Below the pieces are notes generated by a model. The model was given only the letters and a program-made list of their open reading frames with translations. It ran no database searches and was not told the origin of the DNA. This document shows, piece by piece, positions 1-16,091 of a stretch of 64,000 nucleotides of DNA (its first letter is position 1; every line of letters begins with the position of its first letter). The translations under genes were made by a program, and so were the position numbers. Source of the stretch: the human T2T-CHM13v2.0 reference genome, Homo sapiens; assembly GCF_009914755.1 (NCBI RefSeq), contig NC_060932.1. One strand, 5' to 3'.

Positions 1-3000
1 TTCAATCATGTGATCTATCTTAGAGTATGTGTCATGTGGCAATGAGAAGAATGCATATTCTGTTGTTTCGGGGTGGAGAGTTCTGTAGGTGTCTATCAGG
101 TCCATTTGTTCCAGTGCTGAGTTCAGCTCCTGAATTTTTTTGTGAATTTTCTGCCTTAATGATCTGTCTAATACTGTCAGTGGGGTGTTAAAGTCTCCCA
201 CTATTATTGTGTGAGAGTCTAAGTCTCTTTGAAGGTCTTTAAGAACTTGCTTTATAAATGTGGGTGCTCCTATGTTGGGTGCATATATATTTAGGATAGT
301 TAGGTCTTCTTGTTGAATTGAACGTTTTACCATTATGTAATGCCCATCTTTGTCTTTTTTGATCTTTGTCGGCTTAATGTCTGTTTTGTCTGAAGTTAGG
401 ATTGCAACCCCTGATTTGTTGTTTTCCATTTGCTTGGTAGATTTTTCTCCATCCTTTTATTTGAGCCTATGGATGTCACTGCATGTGAAATGGATCTCTT
501 GAAGACAACATACCGATGGGTATTGGTTCTTTATCCAGCATGCAACTCTGTGCCTTTTAATTGGGGCATTTAGCCCATTTACATGCAAGGTTAGTATTGA
601 TATATGTGGATTTGCTCCTGTCATCATGTTAGCTGATTATTATGCAGATTTGTTTGTGTGGTTGCTTTATAGTGCAACTGGTCTGTGTACTTTGGTATGT
701 TTTTGTAGTGGCTGGTAACAGTCTTTCTTTTCCATATTTAGTGCTGCCTTCAGGAGTTCTTGTGAGGCAGGTCTGGTGGTGACAAATTCCCTCAGCATTT
801 ACTTGTCTGAAAAGGATCTTATTTCTCCTTCACTTATGAAGCTTAGTTTGGCCAGATATGAAATTCTGGGTTGGAATTTCTTTAGGAATGTTGAATATTG
901 GCCCCCAATCTCTTCTGGCTTGTAGGGTTTCTACTGAGAGGTCTGCTCTTAGTCTGATAGGTGTTCCTTTGTAGGTGACCTGGCCTTTCTCTCTGGCTGC
1001 CTTTAACTTTTTTCCTTTCATTTCGACCTTGAAGAATTTCATGATTATGTGTCTTGGGGATGATCTTCTCATAGAGTATCTTACTCTGAGTTTCCTGGAT
1101 TTGGATGGCAGCCTCTCTAGCTAGGCTGGGGAAGTTTTCATGGATGATATCCTGAAATCTGTCTTCCAAGTTGCTTACACTCTCCCCATCTCTTTCAGGG
1201 ACACCAATGAGTCACAGATTTGGATTACAGAATCCCATATTTCCTGGAGGTTTTGTTCATTCCTTTTCAAAGTTCTTTTGTCTCCATTCTTGTCTGACTG
1301 TCTTATTTCAGAAAGCTAGTCTTCAAGCACTGAGATTCTTTCCTCCACTTGGTATATTCTGCTATTAATACTTCTGATTGCATTATGAAATTCTTATAGT
1401 GTGGTTTTCGGTGCTATCAGGTCAGTTATGCTCTTTTCTATACTGGCAATTTTGTCTGTCAGCTCCTGCATCATTTTATTGTGACTCCTATCATCCTTGG
1501 ATTGGGTTTCCACATACCCCTACACCTCAATGATCTTGGTTCCTATCCATATTCTGAATTCTATTTCTGTCATTTCAGCCATCTCAGCCTGGTTCAGAAC
1601 CCTTGCTGGAGAGGTGGGGCAGTCATTTGGAGGAAAGAAGGCACTCTGGCTTGTGTTGTCTGGGTTCTTGAACTGGTTCTTTCTTATCTTTTGGGCTGAT
1701 GTTCCTATGCTCTTTGAAGTTGCTAACCTTTGGATGATTTTTTTTTCTTTTATCCTATTTGATGACCTTGAGGATTTGATTGTAGTATAAGTTGGATTCA
1801 GCTGACTGGCTTTGTTTCTGGATGATTTTAGGGGGCCAAGGCTCAGTTCCCAACTCCCAGACTGTGTGCTCTAACTGGGGTACTTGTATCAGGCACCAAC
1901 TTTGTTCTCTGGCTCCCGGAGGTTAGGAATCAACTGCACTGAGGGATCAAGGTGCTCCTCACTACCGGTCACTACACTCTGATAGGTGGTGCCAGCCAGT
2001 GCATTTTGCAGTGCAGTGGCAGCGGGATCCATTCTTGCTTGCACATGCCAGCAGCCGTGGTGGCAGCAGCACAGGGTGCACGTTCATCGGCTGTGGCAGG
2101 GTGCTAGCAAGTGCTGGGGTGCCTGCCTCTGTGCAGGTGTTCACCACAGTGGCAGACGAAAGCACCTGGGGGGCAGGGCCCCCTGCTGGCAACAGCCATG
2201 CTGGCGGTGGTGTTGGGATGGAGGTGGAGCACCGGCAGGCCCAGGCCTGTGGCATTCTTTGTGCCCCACAGGCAGGGTGGTCCCTATTCCGTGCCTAGTT
2301 TCACTCCCGCAACAGTGTTGGTGCAAGAGTGGGGTGCAAGGGAGGTGGGGCTGGCTGGCTCTGTGTCTGCCAAGGCTCCAACTGCAATGGCAGTCAGCAG
2401 GGGGCGTTGGGCAAACGGTACTCCTGCCACAGCAATGGCAGGGCAGGGTGCAAACACACAGGTACACTGGCGGGCAAGGAAAGCAAAACCCACCTGCACA
2501 GACATGCACTGGCAAAAGCAAGATGGGGGGTGACAGTGGGCCCTGGAGAAGCTACAGTGTGGGAGGCAGTGGGCAGGCTGGCACAGGGATGTGGGGGCTG
2601 CCCTGCTGGAGCTCTCCACCAATCAGGCATGGTCTGCCAGTGCAGAAGCTATGCTGCAGGCCCCCAGGGCACCCAGAGCTGCCCTGCAAGCAGGCGTGGC
2701 CAGGCCGGGGCCCTGGGAGAGGCCAGCAGACCAAGGCATGCTCGGGTCAGACTGGCCCCATCTGATGGGCAAGACCACCCCACAAAGATCACATACAACA
2801 GCTCCACTAGGGCTAAAATCTCCTATGGGAGGAATTTGAGCCTGGGGGATGGCCCTCCACTACAGACGCTCCTGCACCAAACCCTCCGGGCTCTGCCTCA
2901 GCTGGCTGCTGCCCCCGCACCTTCTCTAGGCAGCTCTCTCTGCCACCTCGAATGTCCATGTGGTTAATCTCCTCCTGCCGGGATTCCAGAGGCCCGTAAT

Positions 3001-3260
3001 GACAGTGGGCTCCTCCTTGCCAGTTCAACTCACCCATTCTCCCTGAGTCTTGGGGACCAGTAACGAGTCCCAGTGCGCAGTGGCCCCGTGCAGGGTTCCC
3101 AGCTTCCTCCCGCTTCAGCCTAGCTTCTGTGTCCTCCTGCAGTCCACTCTGGGTGTCCCGCAGTCCACTCCTGGTGCCTTCCCTCTGAAGATCTGTTGGA
3201 AACATGCCAGTTGTCTCTGCCCCTCGGTGGCAGCTGTTTCACCTGGCTACGTTGTTGGCT
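1..3260 (-). mobile_element. Old LINE-1 5' portion (5'UTR, disrupted ORF1, start of ORF2 endonuclease), running off the window start
   Basis: Minus-strand ORF1 fragments ENFPSLAREAAIQIQE and KAAREKGQVTYKGTPIRLRADLS; ORF2 start MTGANPHISILTLHVNGLNAPIKRHR at ATG 624-622; frameshifts present; 5' boundary approximate. Confidence 0.9.
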
Positions 3261-6500
<3,240 letters not shown>

Positions 6501-6512
6501 AAGCGGGGGTGA

Positions 6513-7290
<778 letters not shown>

Positions 7291-8504
7291 CCTGTCTCAG
7301 TCACTCTGTGGGAGGGGCCTCCCCTGAGGTTGGGGAAGATGTCCCAAGAGGAGGGACAAGCAGCAACTCAGGGAGGCCTGGAGCCAACTTCGGTTTCAGG
7401 GTTGAGCCAGGGTCAAGGTGGCAGTGGAAGTTACAGGAAGAGCCTAAGGCCCCAGTGGTGGGAGCAGATGCTGAAATCCCCGGGAGCACTTTGGACTGTG
7501 CCCTGGGAGAGGCGGGAACCAAGCCTGAGAGCAGAGTACTGGCAGCTGCACGTTAGAATGTGAAGCCTGGACACAGGGAGGTCAGGCAGCGAGCTCACCT
7601 CACGGCAGCCCAGCCAGAGAGTCAGCCTGCTCTCCCCGCACTGAGCCAAGGCTGGGAGACAGCCTACCTCCCACCAGAGCCAGCAGGCAGGTCCCAGCCC
7701 AGCCTGCCCCGTCCCGCCCCAGCCTGCCCTGTCCTGCCATCTGCACTCCCCGTCAGGCCTCCTGGCCAGCCCCACAGTCCCTGCCTTCCAAGAGACACAG
7801 GCAGCGACAGCAGGGGCTGGATGGGGGAGGCCAAGAATCAGAGGCGCTCCCCCACAGGACCCCTGAATCGTGGCCAGAGAAAGGTCAGGGCAGGATGAGG
7901 CCTGTGGCCACGGGCAGATCTCAGGTGGCTGACCCGTCCTAGGAGCACACAGGGCAGCTGTGGCTCCTTCCCTCTTGAACCCAGAAAACAGGGCAGAGCT
8001 CATCGGTGGCCTCATCTGCCAGCCCCAGCAGTAAGGCCACCGGCTCATTCTTCATGGGGCAGCAGCATCTGGCTTTCTGGCTCCAGACACCGCCTGCTGG
8101 GCCAGGCCTTCAACCAGGTCCCTCCTGACAGCAGGCACGCCTGAGTCCAGACCCGAGACAGAGCCGGGAGGCAGCCTGCAGCAAACGTGCCCCAAACTCC
8201 ACAGGCGCCTAACCCAGTCCTGCCAAGGGAAAGTGCTCAAGGCTCTGCCCTCTCGCTGGAGGCCCACTGCTCACTCTCACCCGTGGGACTTCTCCCCACA
8301 GGCCCCAGCAGCCTCCTCCCGTCATCTGAGACGCTACCAGGACAAAAGTCTTCCACAACTAGGGCCAAAGGCCTCTTAGTCATGGAAGTCTCCCTGAACC
8401 TATTCTGGTTCGGAGGTTGCCTGGTTTAAAATTTTAAAAATTAAAAAAACAAAAGCCTCCGCATGACAGCAGGCCCGTCCCAGTCTTATGATCTCTCTGC
8501 TCTG

Positions 8505-9625
8505 GTGTGGGAGGAGGAGGGAGTGCCGTGTGAGGAGGAGGGAGTCCCGTGTGAGGAGGAGGGAGTCCCGTGTGAGGAGGAGGGAGTGCTGTGTGAGGAG
8601 GAGGAGGGAGTCCTGTGTGAGGAGGAGGGAGTGCCATGTGAGGAGGAGGGAGTCCTGTGTGAGGAGGAGGGAGTCCCGTGTGAGGAGGAGGGAGTGCTGT
8701 GTGAGGAGGAGGAGGGAGTCCTGTGTGAGGAGGAGGGAGTCCCATGTGAGGAGGAGGGAGTCCTGTGTGAGGAGGAGGGAGTCCCGTGTGAGGAGGAGGG
8801 AGTCCCGTGTGAGGAGGAGGGAGTGCCGTGTGAGGAGGAGGAGGGAGTCCTGTGTGAGGAGGAGGGAGTCCCGTGTGAGGAGGAGGGAGTGCTGTGTGAG
8901 GAGGAGGAGGGAGTCCTGTGTGAGGAGGAGGAGGGAGTCCTGTGTGAGGAGGAGGGAGTCCCGTGTGAGGAGGAGGGAGTCCCGTGTGAGGAGGAGGGAG
9001 TGCCGTGTGAGGAGGAGGAGGGAGTCCTGTGTGAGGAGGAAGGAGTCCCGTGTGAGGAGGAGGAGGGAGTCCTGTGTGAGGAGGAGGGAGTCCTGTGTGA
9101 GGGGGAGGGAGTGCCGTGTGAGGGGGAGGGAGTCCCGTGTGAGGAGGAGGGAGTGCCGTGTGAGGAGGAGGGAGTCCCATGTGAGGAGGAGGGAGTCCTG
9201 TGTGAGGAGGAGGGAGTGCCGTGTGAGGAGGAGGGAGTGCCGTGTGAGGGGGAGGGAGTCCCGTGTGAGGAGGAGGGAGTCCCGTGTGAGGAGGAGGGAG
9301 TGCTGTGTGAGGAGGAGGAGGGAGTCCTGTGTGAGGAGGAGGGAGTGCCGTGTGAGGAGGAGGGAGTCCCGTGTGAGGAGGAGGGAGTCCCGTGTGAGGA
9401 GGAGGGAGTCCCGTGTGAGGAGGAGGAGGGAGTCCTGTGTGAGGAGGAAGGAGACCCATGTGAGGAGGAGGAGGGAGTCCTGTGTGAGGAGGAGGGAGTG
9501 CTGTGTGAGGAGGAGGAGGGAGTCCTGTGTGAGGGGGAGGGAGTCCTGTGTGAGGGGGGAGGGAGTCCTGTGTGAGGAGGAGGAGGGAGTGCTGTGTGAG
9601 AAGGAGTGCTGCTATGTAAGAAGGA
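8505..9625. repeat. Purine-rich minisatellite, about 50 units of 21/24 bp (GTGTGAGGAGGAG[GAG]GGAGT[C/G]C[C/T])
   Basis: Directly visible tandem array; unit lengths are multiples of 3, giving stop-free ORFs on both strands. Confidence 0.98.
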
Positions 9626-9679
9626 GGTAGATGTGTGGGGGGAGAGTTGGCATTCGGCGCGGTCAGGACTCCATGGCCC

Positions 9680-10650
9680 TTGTTACAGTTGTGGGTAGAA
9701 ATGGAATCTCTGTGACATCTCCTGCTCCCCTTTCACCTGCCCCAAGGCAGGTCTCCAGTACTCCCTCTCCTTTCTGATCATGGGCCCAAAGAGGCTCATT
9801 CAGAGAGGATCAGTCCCATGCCCTGGGGGCAGGAATGCTGAGCACATAGAGGTTTCCTGGAGGGGCCACGTGGGCGGCATGGAAGCTCCCCACCCCTTCC
9901 GGGAGACGGCGCCCTGTGCCTCTCGCGTGTATCCATTTATAATTAACTGCAAATGTGTTTCCCTGAGTTCCCTGAGCCACTCTTGCAAATCAATTGAACG
10001 CAAAACCGGGAGGGGCTGCAGTATTGCTGGGAAAGAGGGTCCTGATCCAGACCCCAAGAGCAGGTTCTTGGATGTTGTGCAGGAAGTAATTTGGGGTGAG
10101 CCACAGAGCACAGTGAGAGAAGCAGGTTTATTTGAAATGGCTCCGTTCCAGAGTGGGGCGTGCTCAGAAAGCAGGAGGAGGAGGGCCTGTCCTCTGTTAG
10201 TGCCTCTGCTTACAAGAAACTGTAAGGAGCTACAATTACACCTGGAATGGGCAGATGCACCCACTAAGGATAGGGGCTGTGGGTGCCATCAGTGCCCGTT
10301 CATCCTCCAACCTCAGGCTGCTCATTGAAATTATCTCTGAGTAAAGTGGCCTGCACTCTTGGGTTATCTGGACAGTCTGCGGGCTTGCTGGGAGATGCCC
10401 CATATGGCCACAAATATTCTGTAATTATAATTGGTGTCCAGCTTGAGACATGGCTATTTTTAGACCATAAGCATTAACCTTATAGGTGCCTTGTGAGTGC
10501 CTCCTACTCACTTCAAGATGGAGTCACTCTGGTCATGTTTCATTAAACCAGAGGCCTGGTGAGCAAGCGTTCCTCTAACAGTGGGAACCTCAACGTCGGG
10601 CCAGTCGGTAAGAAGTTCCAGAGGCTGGCCCTCGCAGCTCATGTGTGTGC

Positions 10651-10686
<36 letters not shown>

Positions 10687-10900
10687 GTGTCTGGATCTGA
10701 CGCTATCTGCAGGTACCGGAATGGTGTTGGAGGACACTCGGCTGGTGTCCGCTGCAGAACTGATGGCTTGCTCGGTGGCGGGGAGACGTCCACCTGCCAC
10801 ATTTGGCCCCAGCAGTCTTGGGAGTCTCCTGTGTTGATGTCTTCTGTGTTGAGTGAGAGACAGGATAAATGGTTTGAGAGTTTTTTCCAAACAGCCCTCC
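9680..10900. mobile_element. MER21-like LTR with nested MER41-like LTR (-, 10022-10580) and (TG)n at 10641-10684
   Basis: tgtttccctgagttccctgagcc is MER21-like; gggtcctgatccagaccccaagag...aagatggagtcactctgg...ctctaaca is reverse MER41-like. Confidence 0.6.
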
Positions 10901-11879
10901 TCCTAATGCAGCTTGTTTTCTGAATCAGAGGGTCCTGTCTTGAAGGGGGCAAACCCACCCGTGCTTTCGTCCCACAGTTCTTACTGAGCCCCTGCCATGG
11001 CAGGGATGGCCCCAGGTGCCGGCTGCAGAGACAGAACCCCCTGCCCTCACCGCCAACATTCCAGAGGGGAAGATGCCCTGCCTGTGCCCCACGTAAGACC
11101 CAGAGGCAGGGACTCCCCCGGGCCACAGCCTACTGGAGGCTCCTGTCCCCAGAGACAGCTGGGCCATCGCCCCCAAAGCTGTGGAAGCCCCACCCACGAT
11201 GCCATCATACCACGGCCAGGACATCTCGTGACACACACAGCCCCAGCCTCAGCCTCCATACACACACACACACGCACCACACACACTCACTCATGCAAAA
11301 CACACACACAGCCACATTGACTGCACCCCTAGATTTGAGACAGGGGTGTTACAGGTGTCTGTCAGCCCCAGCCCCCTCCTGACCACATGGCCACCTGCCC
11401 ACCCTCACATTTCCCCACACCCTCCCCCTACTCCCGTGTGGGGTTCAGAAGACCCCTCCCTGGTGCTCGCCCTGTCACCCAGAAAGGAAACGCACTGTCA
11501 ACTGGAGAACAGGCCGGTGGCAGAGCCCCAGCGCCCACAGCCCCTCGGAGAGGGCCTGGCGGGAGGAGAGGCACCCACCGATGGCAGAGCCTCAGTGCCC
11601 TCGCAGAAGCCAGCACCCACAACCTCCCACCTCCCAACCCTTGCCGGTCTCCCCACCCCCGCCTGAGGGATGGCCAAGGAACAGCCCAGCCTGGAGCGGG
11701 AAGCAGGGACAAGATGACCTCAGGAATCCCAGGCTGCGGGGGTGCCTGCGTCCTCCCCTCCCGAGCTCCACTCCGCAGGCGAGACCCCCAACACTGCTCC
11801 CCGACACTCTCCGAGGCACCCCTCCTCCGTGCTCACACCCAAACACGTCTGCTCACCCGTGGGCTTCCCACCCCGAACA

Positions 11880-13100
11880 CAACGAGGACTGTCCAGGTGT
11901 CAGTGACGGTCACCCCGACCTGGTCCCCTGTCCGGCCTCGCCAGGTCAGCACCCGCCGCGCGCACAGCAGGGCCGGGTGGAAGGAGGCCGGGCCTGGCCG
12001 TGGCTCAGGCGCCACCTCACTGGGGAAACTGGGAGGTGGTCTCAGCCCCCTTCTGGGCCTCAGCTTCCCCATCTATCCCAAGGAGCCGGGGTAGGCCTGG
12101 GCGGCGCGGGGACCCCCACCGCGGGCTCGCCGACTCCGCCCGCCGGAGGCCCCTCCCGCGTCCCGCCCCTGCCCCCGCCCCGGGGCCGCGCGGCTGCCTG
12201 GGAGGCTCCGGGCCAGCCGCGGTCCAGAGCGCGCGAGGTTCGGGGAGCTCGGCCAGGCTGCTGGTACCTGCGTCCGCCCGGCGGTGAGTCCGCGGGCCCC
12301 CGGCCGGGACGCCCCCGCCACCTGCGCGCACGCGCTCAGACCCGGCGGCCTCGGCTGCGGTGCACGCGGCCCCGGCTCAGCCACGCGCGGCGGAAGGCGC
12401 CCTGCGGGGGCCGGGGCGGGAGAGGGTGGGAGAGAGCAAGAGGGGCGCACGGGGAGGCGCAGGAGAGGGGCTGGGGCTGCCGGTGGGTTGGTCCCCAGAG
12501 AGCTGAGCTTCTCCTCCCATCCCCCGCAGGCCTCCCCGAATGTTTCCAAAGATCTGGGGCGGGAGCGGGCGGAGACTGCCGCCAGGAGCCTCCCGGCCGC
12601 CCCAGGGCTGCGCAGCCACTGGAGCCCATCACCCAACTCCAGACGCTCCTGGCTCCTCTACGTGGGCCGGGAGGGACAGCCTTGAGGACTAGGGGAGGGG
12701 GCACGGGACCTTGCAGAGCTCCTGGCCGGAAAGGGAGGATTGACCGCCCCCGGCATATCACCCCGGAGCACTGGAACCCGCCCCCGCTTCTTGTTTTGGC
12801 ACTGGTGGTGCTTGCGGTGAGGTCCAAGGAGCCCAGCCTCCCTGAGTGGACCGCCGGGCCCCTCCCCGTTCCGGGACACAGGAGAGGCTCCCGCCCCTTG
12901 CTGGCTGGGCAGCCCCTAGATACCTGGCTCCCAGGGGCCAGCTTCCCTGAGCCTGGGGATGAGCCATGAGCCTGCAGCCTGGGCCCCAGGGGCGCCCCCC
13001 ACGGCCTGCCGGCTGGCTCCCTCCGGGCTCCATGGCCCACCCGGCCTTCCTAATTGCCTTCGGCTCCCACCGGTGCCTTAGCTCAGCCTGGTGGCCCAGC
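11880..13100. promoter_or_regulatory. LY6E: CpG island / LY6E promoter with GC boxes and G4-prone tract (12151-12181); non-coding exon 1 about 12205-12283
   Basis: High CpG density, multiple CCGCCC/GGGCGG, splice donor GCG|GTGAGT at 12283/12284; TSS approximate. Confidence 0.85.
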
Positions 13101-13942
13101 GGGTTGGGTGCCACCCAGTGAGCAGGTGGCGGCACCAGCTGGACCTGTTTGTGGCCCTGTATGCTAGGACTTCCTCAGAGACAGCTCAGGGACCCCCCCA
13201 CACCAGAACCTCACTTTAGGGGGGTGGGGGGAAAAGGAATTGGAGATCCTTCCTCCTCGGGCTACTCCCTGGAGGCGGGGATAGGCCCCAGCCGGACTTG
13301 GCACTGTTTTTGGCCATCTGGGGCTCCCACTCCCAACCCCAGGATGTCAGCCCAGGTCTCACTGTCCTGGCCTGCTGCTCTCCCCTTAGGGCCCCTGCGG
13401 GCCCCTCTCCAGATCTGTTCTCTGAGGCATCCTCCTTACCCCCAGTGCCCAGCACTAGCTCCCCAGGCCCGGGATGTCCCTCCCACTCCTCTGCCCACGG
13501 CTGTCCCTGACAGAAGGCAGCAGCCTCCCCCTCCAACACCATGCACTCACAAAACAGAGAATCACGACCCCAGCTGGGTGTGTTCCAGATTCTTTCTCCA
13601 GCAGTGCAGAGGGTCCTGTGCAGAGGCCGAGGAGCAGTACAGCGACCCATCTGGCCCTTTCCTGCTGGTGGGACCAGTGGCACGCAGCCTTGTCTCTCGG
13701 AGCCCATTTCCCAGCCACAGAATGGGGAGTAGCAGATACTGAGTGGGGTGCTTTCCTCGGAACTGAGTAACATCAGGAATGGGGAGTGCTTTCCCCCTCA
13801 GCCATGCCCCACCTGGCCCCAGGTCTCCATGTGAGGGGAGCTGCCTGGGCTCAAAACACTGAGCCATCCCAAGGAAAATTCTAGATACAGATTAGCTAAT
13901 ATACACTGACAGATACACATATAGATGTGTATATAGATTTCT

Positions 13943-14232
13943 CTTTTTTTTGAGACAGGGTCTCACTCTGTTGCCCAGGCTGCAGTGCAGTGGCATGATC
14001 ATAGTTCACTTCAGTCTTGAACTCCCTGGCTCAAGAGATCCTCCCACCTCAGCCTCCCAAGTAGCTGACCACAGGCACGTACCACGCCCGGCTAATTTTT
14101 GTATTTTTTGTAGAAACAGGAGGTCTCACTGTGTTGCCCAGGGTGGTCTCAAACCCCTGGCCTCATATGATCCTCCTGCCTTGGCCTCACATAGCATGGA
14201 GATTACAGGCGTGAGCCCCTGTACCCAGCCCC
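13943..14232 (-). mobile_element. AluJ-like element in LY6E intron 1
   Basis: Alu reverse consensus with poly-T start. Confidence 0.85.
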
Positions 14233-14636
14233 AGACTAGCTAATATTATGACTGATCACCATTCCCCATTCCCCATTCCCCCACCCCAGGACCACTGGCA
14301 GAGGCCACTCACTCTGCCTTCTTTTCTGTGGTTCTGAGAAGGCTGCTGAGTTTCCTCCTCTTGCCTGTGCAGCCCCCTCCTGCCAGGTTTCAGGAGGGAG
14401 ATAGCCTAGAGCATGTCTGCACTGAGTGAGGAGTGGGTCAGGAGAGAAGCAGGGAAGTCCTTGTGTGCTGGCAGGTCCCTTCCCCTCTGCTGTCTGTGTC
14501 CTCATCTGCAAAGTGGGGGTGCATGGTCTTGGGGAGGAGTGAGGCACCACCCGGCCCCCTAACCAGTGTGTCTCTCCAGAGCAGGACAGGCTGCTTTGGT
14601 TTGTGACCTCCAGGCAGGACGGCCATCCTCTCCAGA

Positions 14637-15486
14637 ATGAAGATCTTCTTGCCAGTGCTGCTGGCTGCCCTTCTGGGTGTGGAGCGAGGTGAGGTGCCCT
14701 TGGGGACCCCAGACCTTTGTCCAGCTGTGCCCTGCTCCACTCCCTCTCCACCCCTCTCCCCTGAGCAGACGCCCCAGGGGTCCTTCCAGGCCGCTCCCAG
14801 CAGAGGGCTCACCCGGCCTGGCCACACTGTCTCACTGTGTGTTTGAGTGTCGCTTGACCTGCTCGACGGCCAGGGTGGGGTGTCACTGTCTTTGCTCTGC
14901 CTTCAGCCCAGGGCCTGGTATACAGTAATTTCTCAGTAAATGTCCACTGGGGTCAGGCCTGGGAGGGACACTGGAGGCTTCCCTGAGACAGGTGTGTCCT
15001 CCTTCCGCAGCCAGCTCGCTGATGTGCTTCTCCTGCTTGAACCAGAAGAGCAATCTGTACTGCCTGAAGCCGACCATCTGCTCCGACCAGGACAACTACT
15101 GCGTGACTGTGTCTGCTAGTGCCGGCATTGGTGAGTGCCAGGCCTCAGACCGTGCCTTCCTCCCCTGGCCATCTCCCTAGCCCGGGCCGGGGCTCAGCAG
15201 AGGCCATTGCTGTCTGTCTGCAGCCGTCTGTCTCTCCCCTGACAGCCTCATTTCCCATGCAGGGAATCTCGTGACATTTGGCCACAGCCTGAGCAAGACC
15301 TGTTCCCCGGCCTGCCCCATCCCAGAAGGCGTCAATGTTGGTGTGGCTTCCATGGGCATCAGCTGCTGCCAGAGCTTTCTGTGCAATTTCAGTGCGGCCG
15401 ATGGCGGGCTGCGGGCAAGCGTCACCCTGCTGGGTGCCGGGCTGCTGCTGAGCCTGCTGCCGGCCCTGCTGCGGTTTGGCCCCTGA
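14637..15486 (+). CDS. LY6E: LY6E, GPI-anchored Ly6/uPAR protein, 131 aa; coding exons 14637-14688, 15011-15130, 15263-15486
   Basis: Spliced ORF MKIFLPVLLAALLGVERASSLMCFSC...CCQSFLCNFSAADGG...LLRFGP*; GT-AG phase-1 introns; 10-Cys LU domain; 52+120+224=396 nt. Confidence 0.99.
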
Positions 15487-16085
15487 CCGCCCAGACCCTG
15501 TCCCCCGATCCCCCAGCTCAGGAAGGAAAGCCCAGCCCTTTCTGGATCCCACAGTGTATGGGAGCCCCTGACTCCTCACGTGCCTGATCTGTGCCCTTGG
15601 TCCCAGGTCAGGCCCACCCCCTGCACCTCCACCTGCCCCAGCCCCTGCCTCTGCCCCAAGTGGGGCCAGCTGCCCTCACTTCTGGGGTGGATGATGTGAC
15701 CTTCCTTGGGGGACTGCGGAAGGGACGAGGGTTCCCTGGAGTCTTACGGTCCAACATCAGGACCAAGTCCCATGGACATGCTGACAGGGTCCCCAGGGAG
15801 ACCGTGTCAGTAGGGATGTGTGCCTGGCTGTGTACGTGGGTGTGCAGTGCACGTGAGAGCACGTGGCGGCTTCTGGGGGCCATGTTTGGGGAGGGAGGTG
15901 TGCCAGCAGCCTGGAGAGCCTCAGTCCCTGTAGCCCCCTGCCCTGGCACAGCTGCATGCACTTCAAGGGCAGCCTTTGGGGGTTGGGGTTTCTGCCACTT
16001 CCGGGTCTAGGCCCTGCCCCAAATCCAGCCAGTCCTGCCCCAGCCCACCCCCACATTGGAGCCCTCCTGCTGCTTTGGTGCCTCA

Positions 16086-16091
16086 AATAAA
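16086..16091 (+). terminator. LY6E: LY6E polyadenylation signal AATAAA
   Basis: AATAAA 600 nt after the stop, followed by a GU-rich element. Confidence 0.9.

Noticed and set aside
1986-2967. 259 and 212 aa + strand ORFs
   Set aside because: Antisense to the GC-rich 5'UTR of an old L1; no protein features
8505-9625. PRDM9 hotspot motif in the minisatellite
   Set aside because: Units do not match CCNCCNTNNCCNC on inspection
8434-9630. 341-380 aa ORFs (PPPHTGL, EEEGVPC, RRRESRV repeats)
   Set aside because: Artefact of a stop-free minisatellite with triplet-multiple units; no gene structure
11387-13135. Long ORFs up to 462 aa over the LY6E promoter
   Set aside because: Stop depletion in a CpG island; low complexity, no recognisable domain
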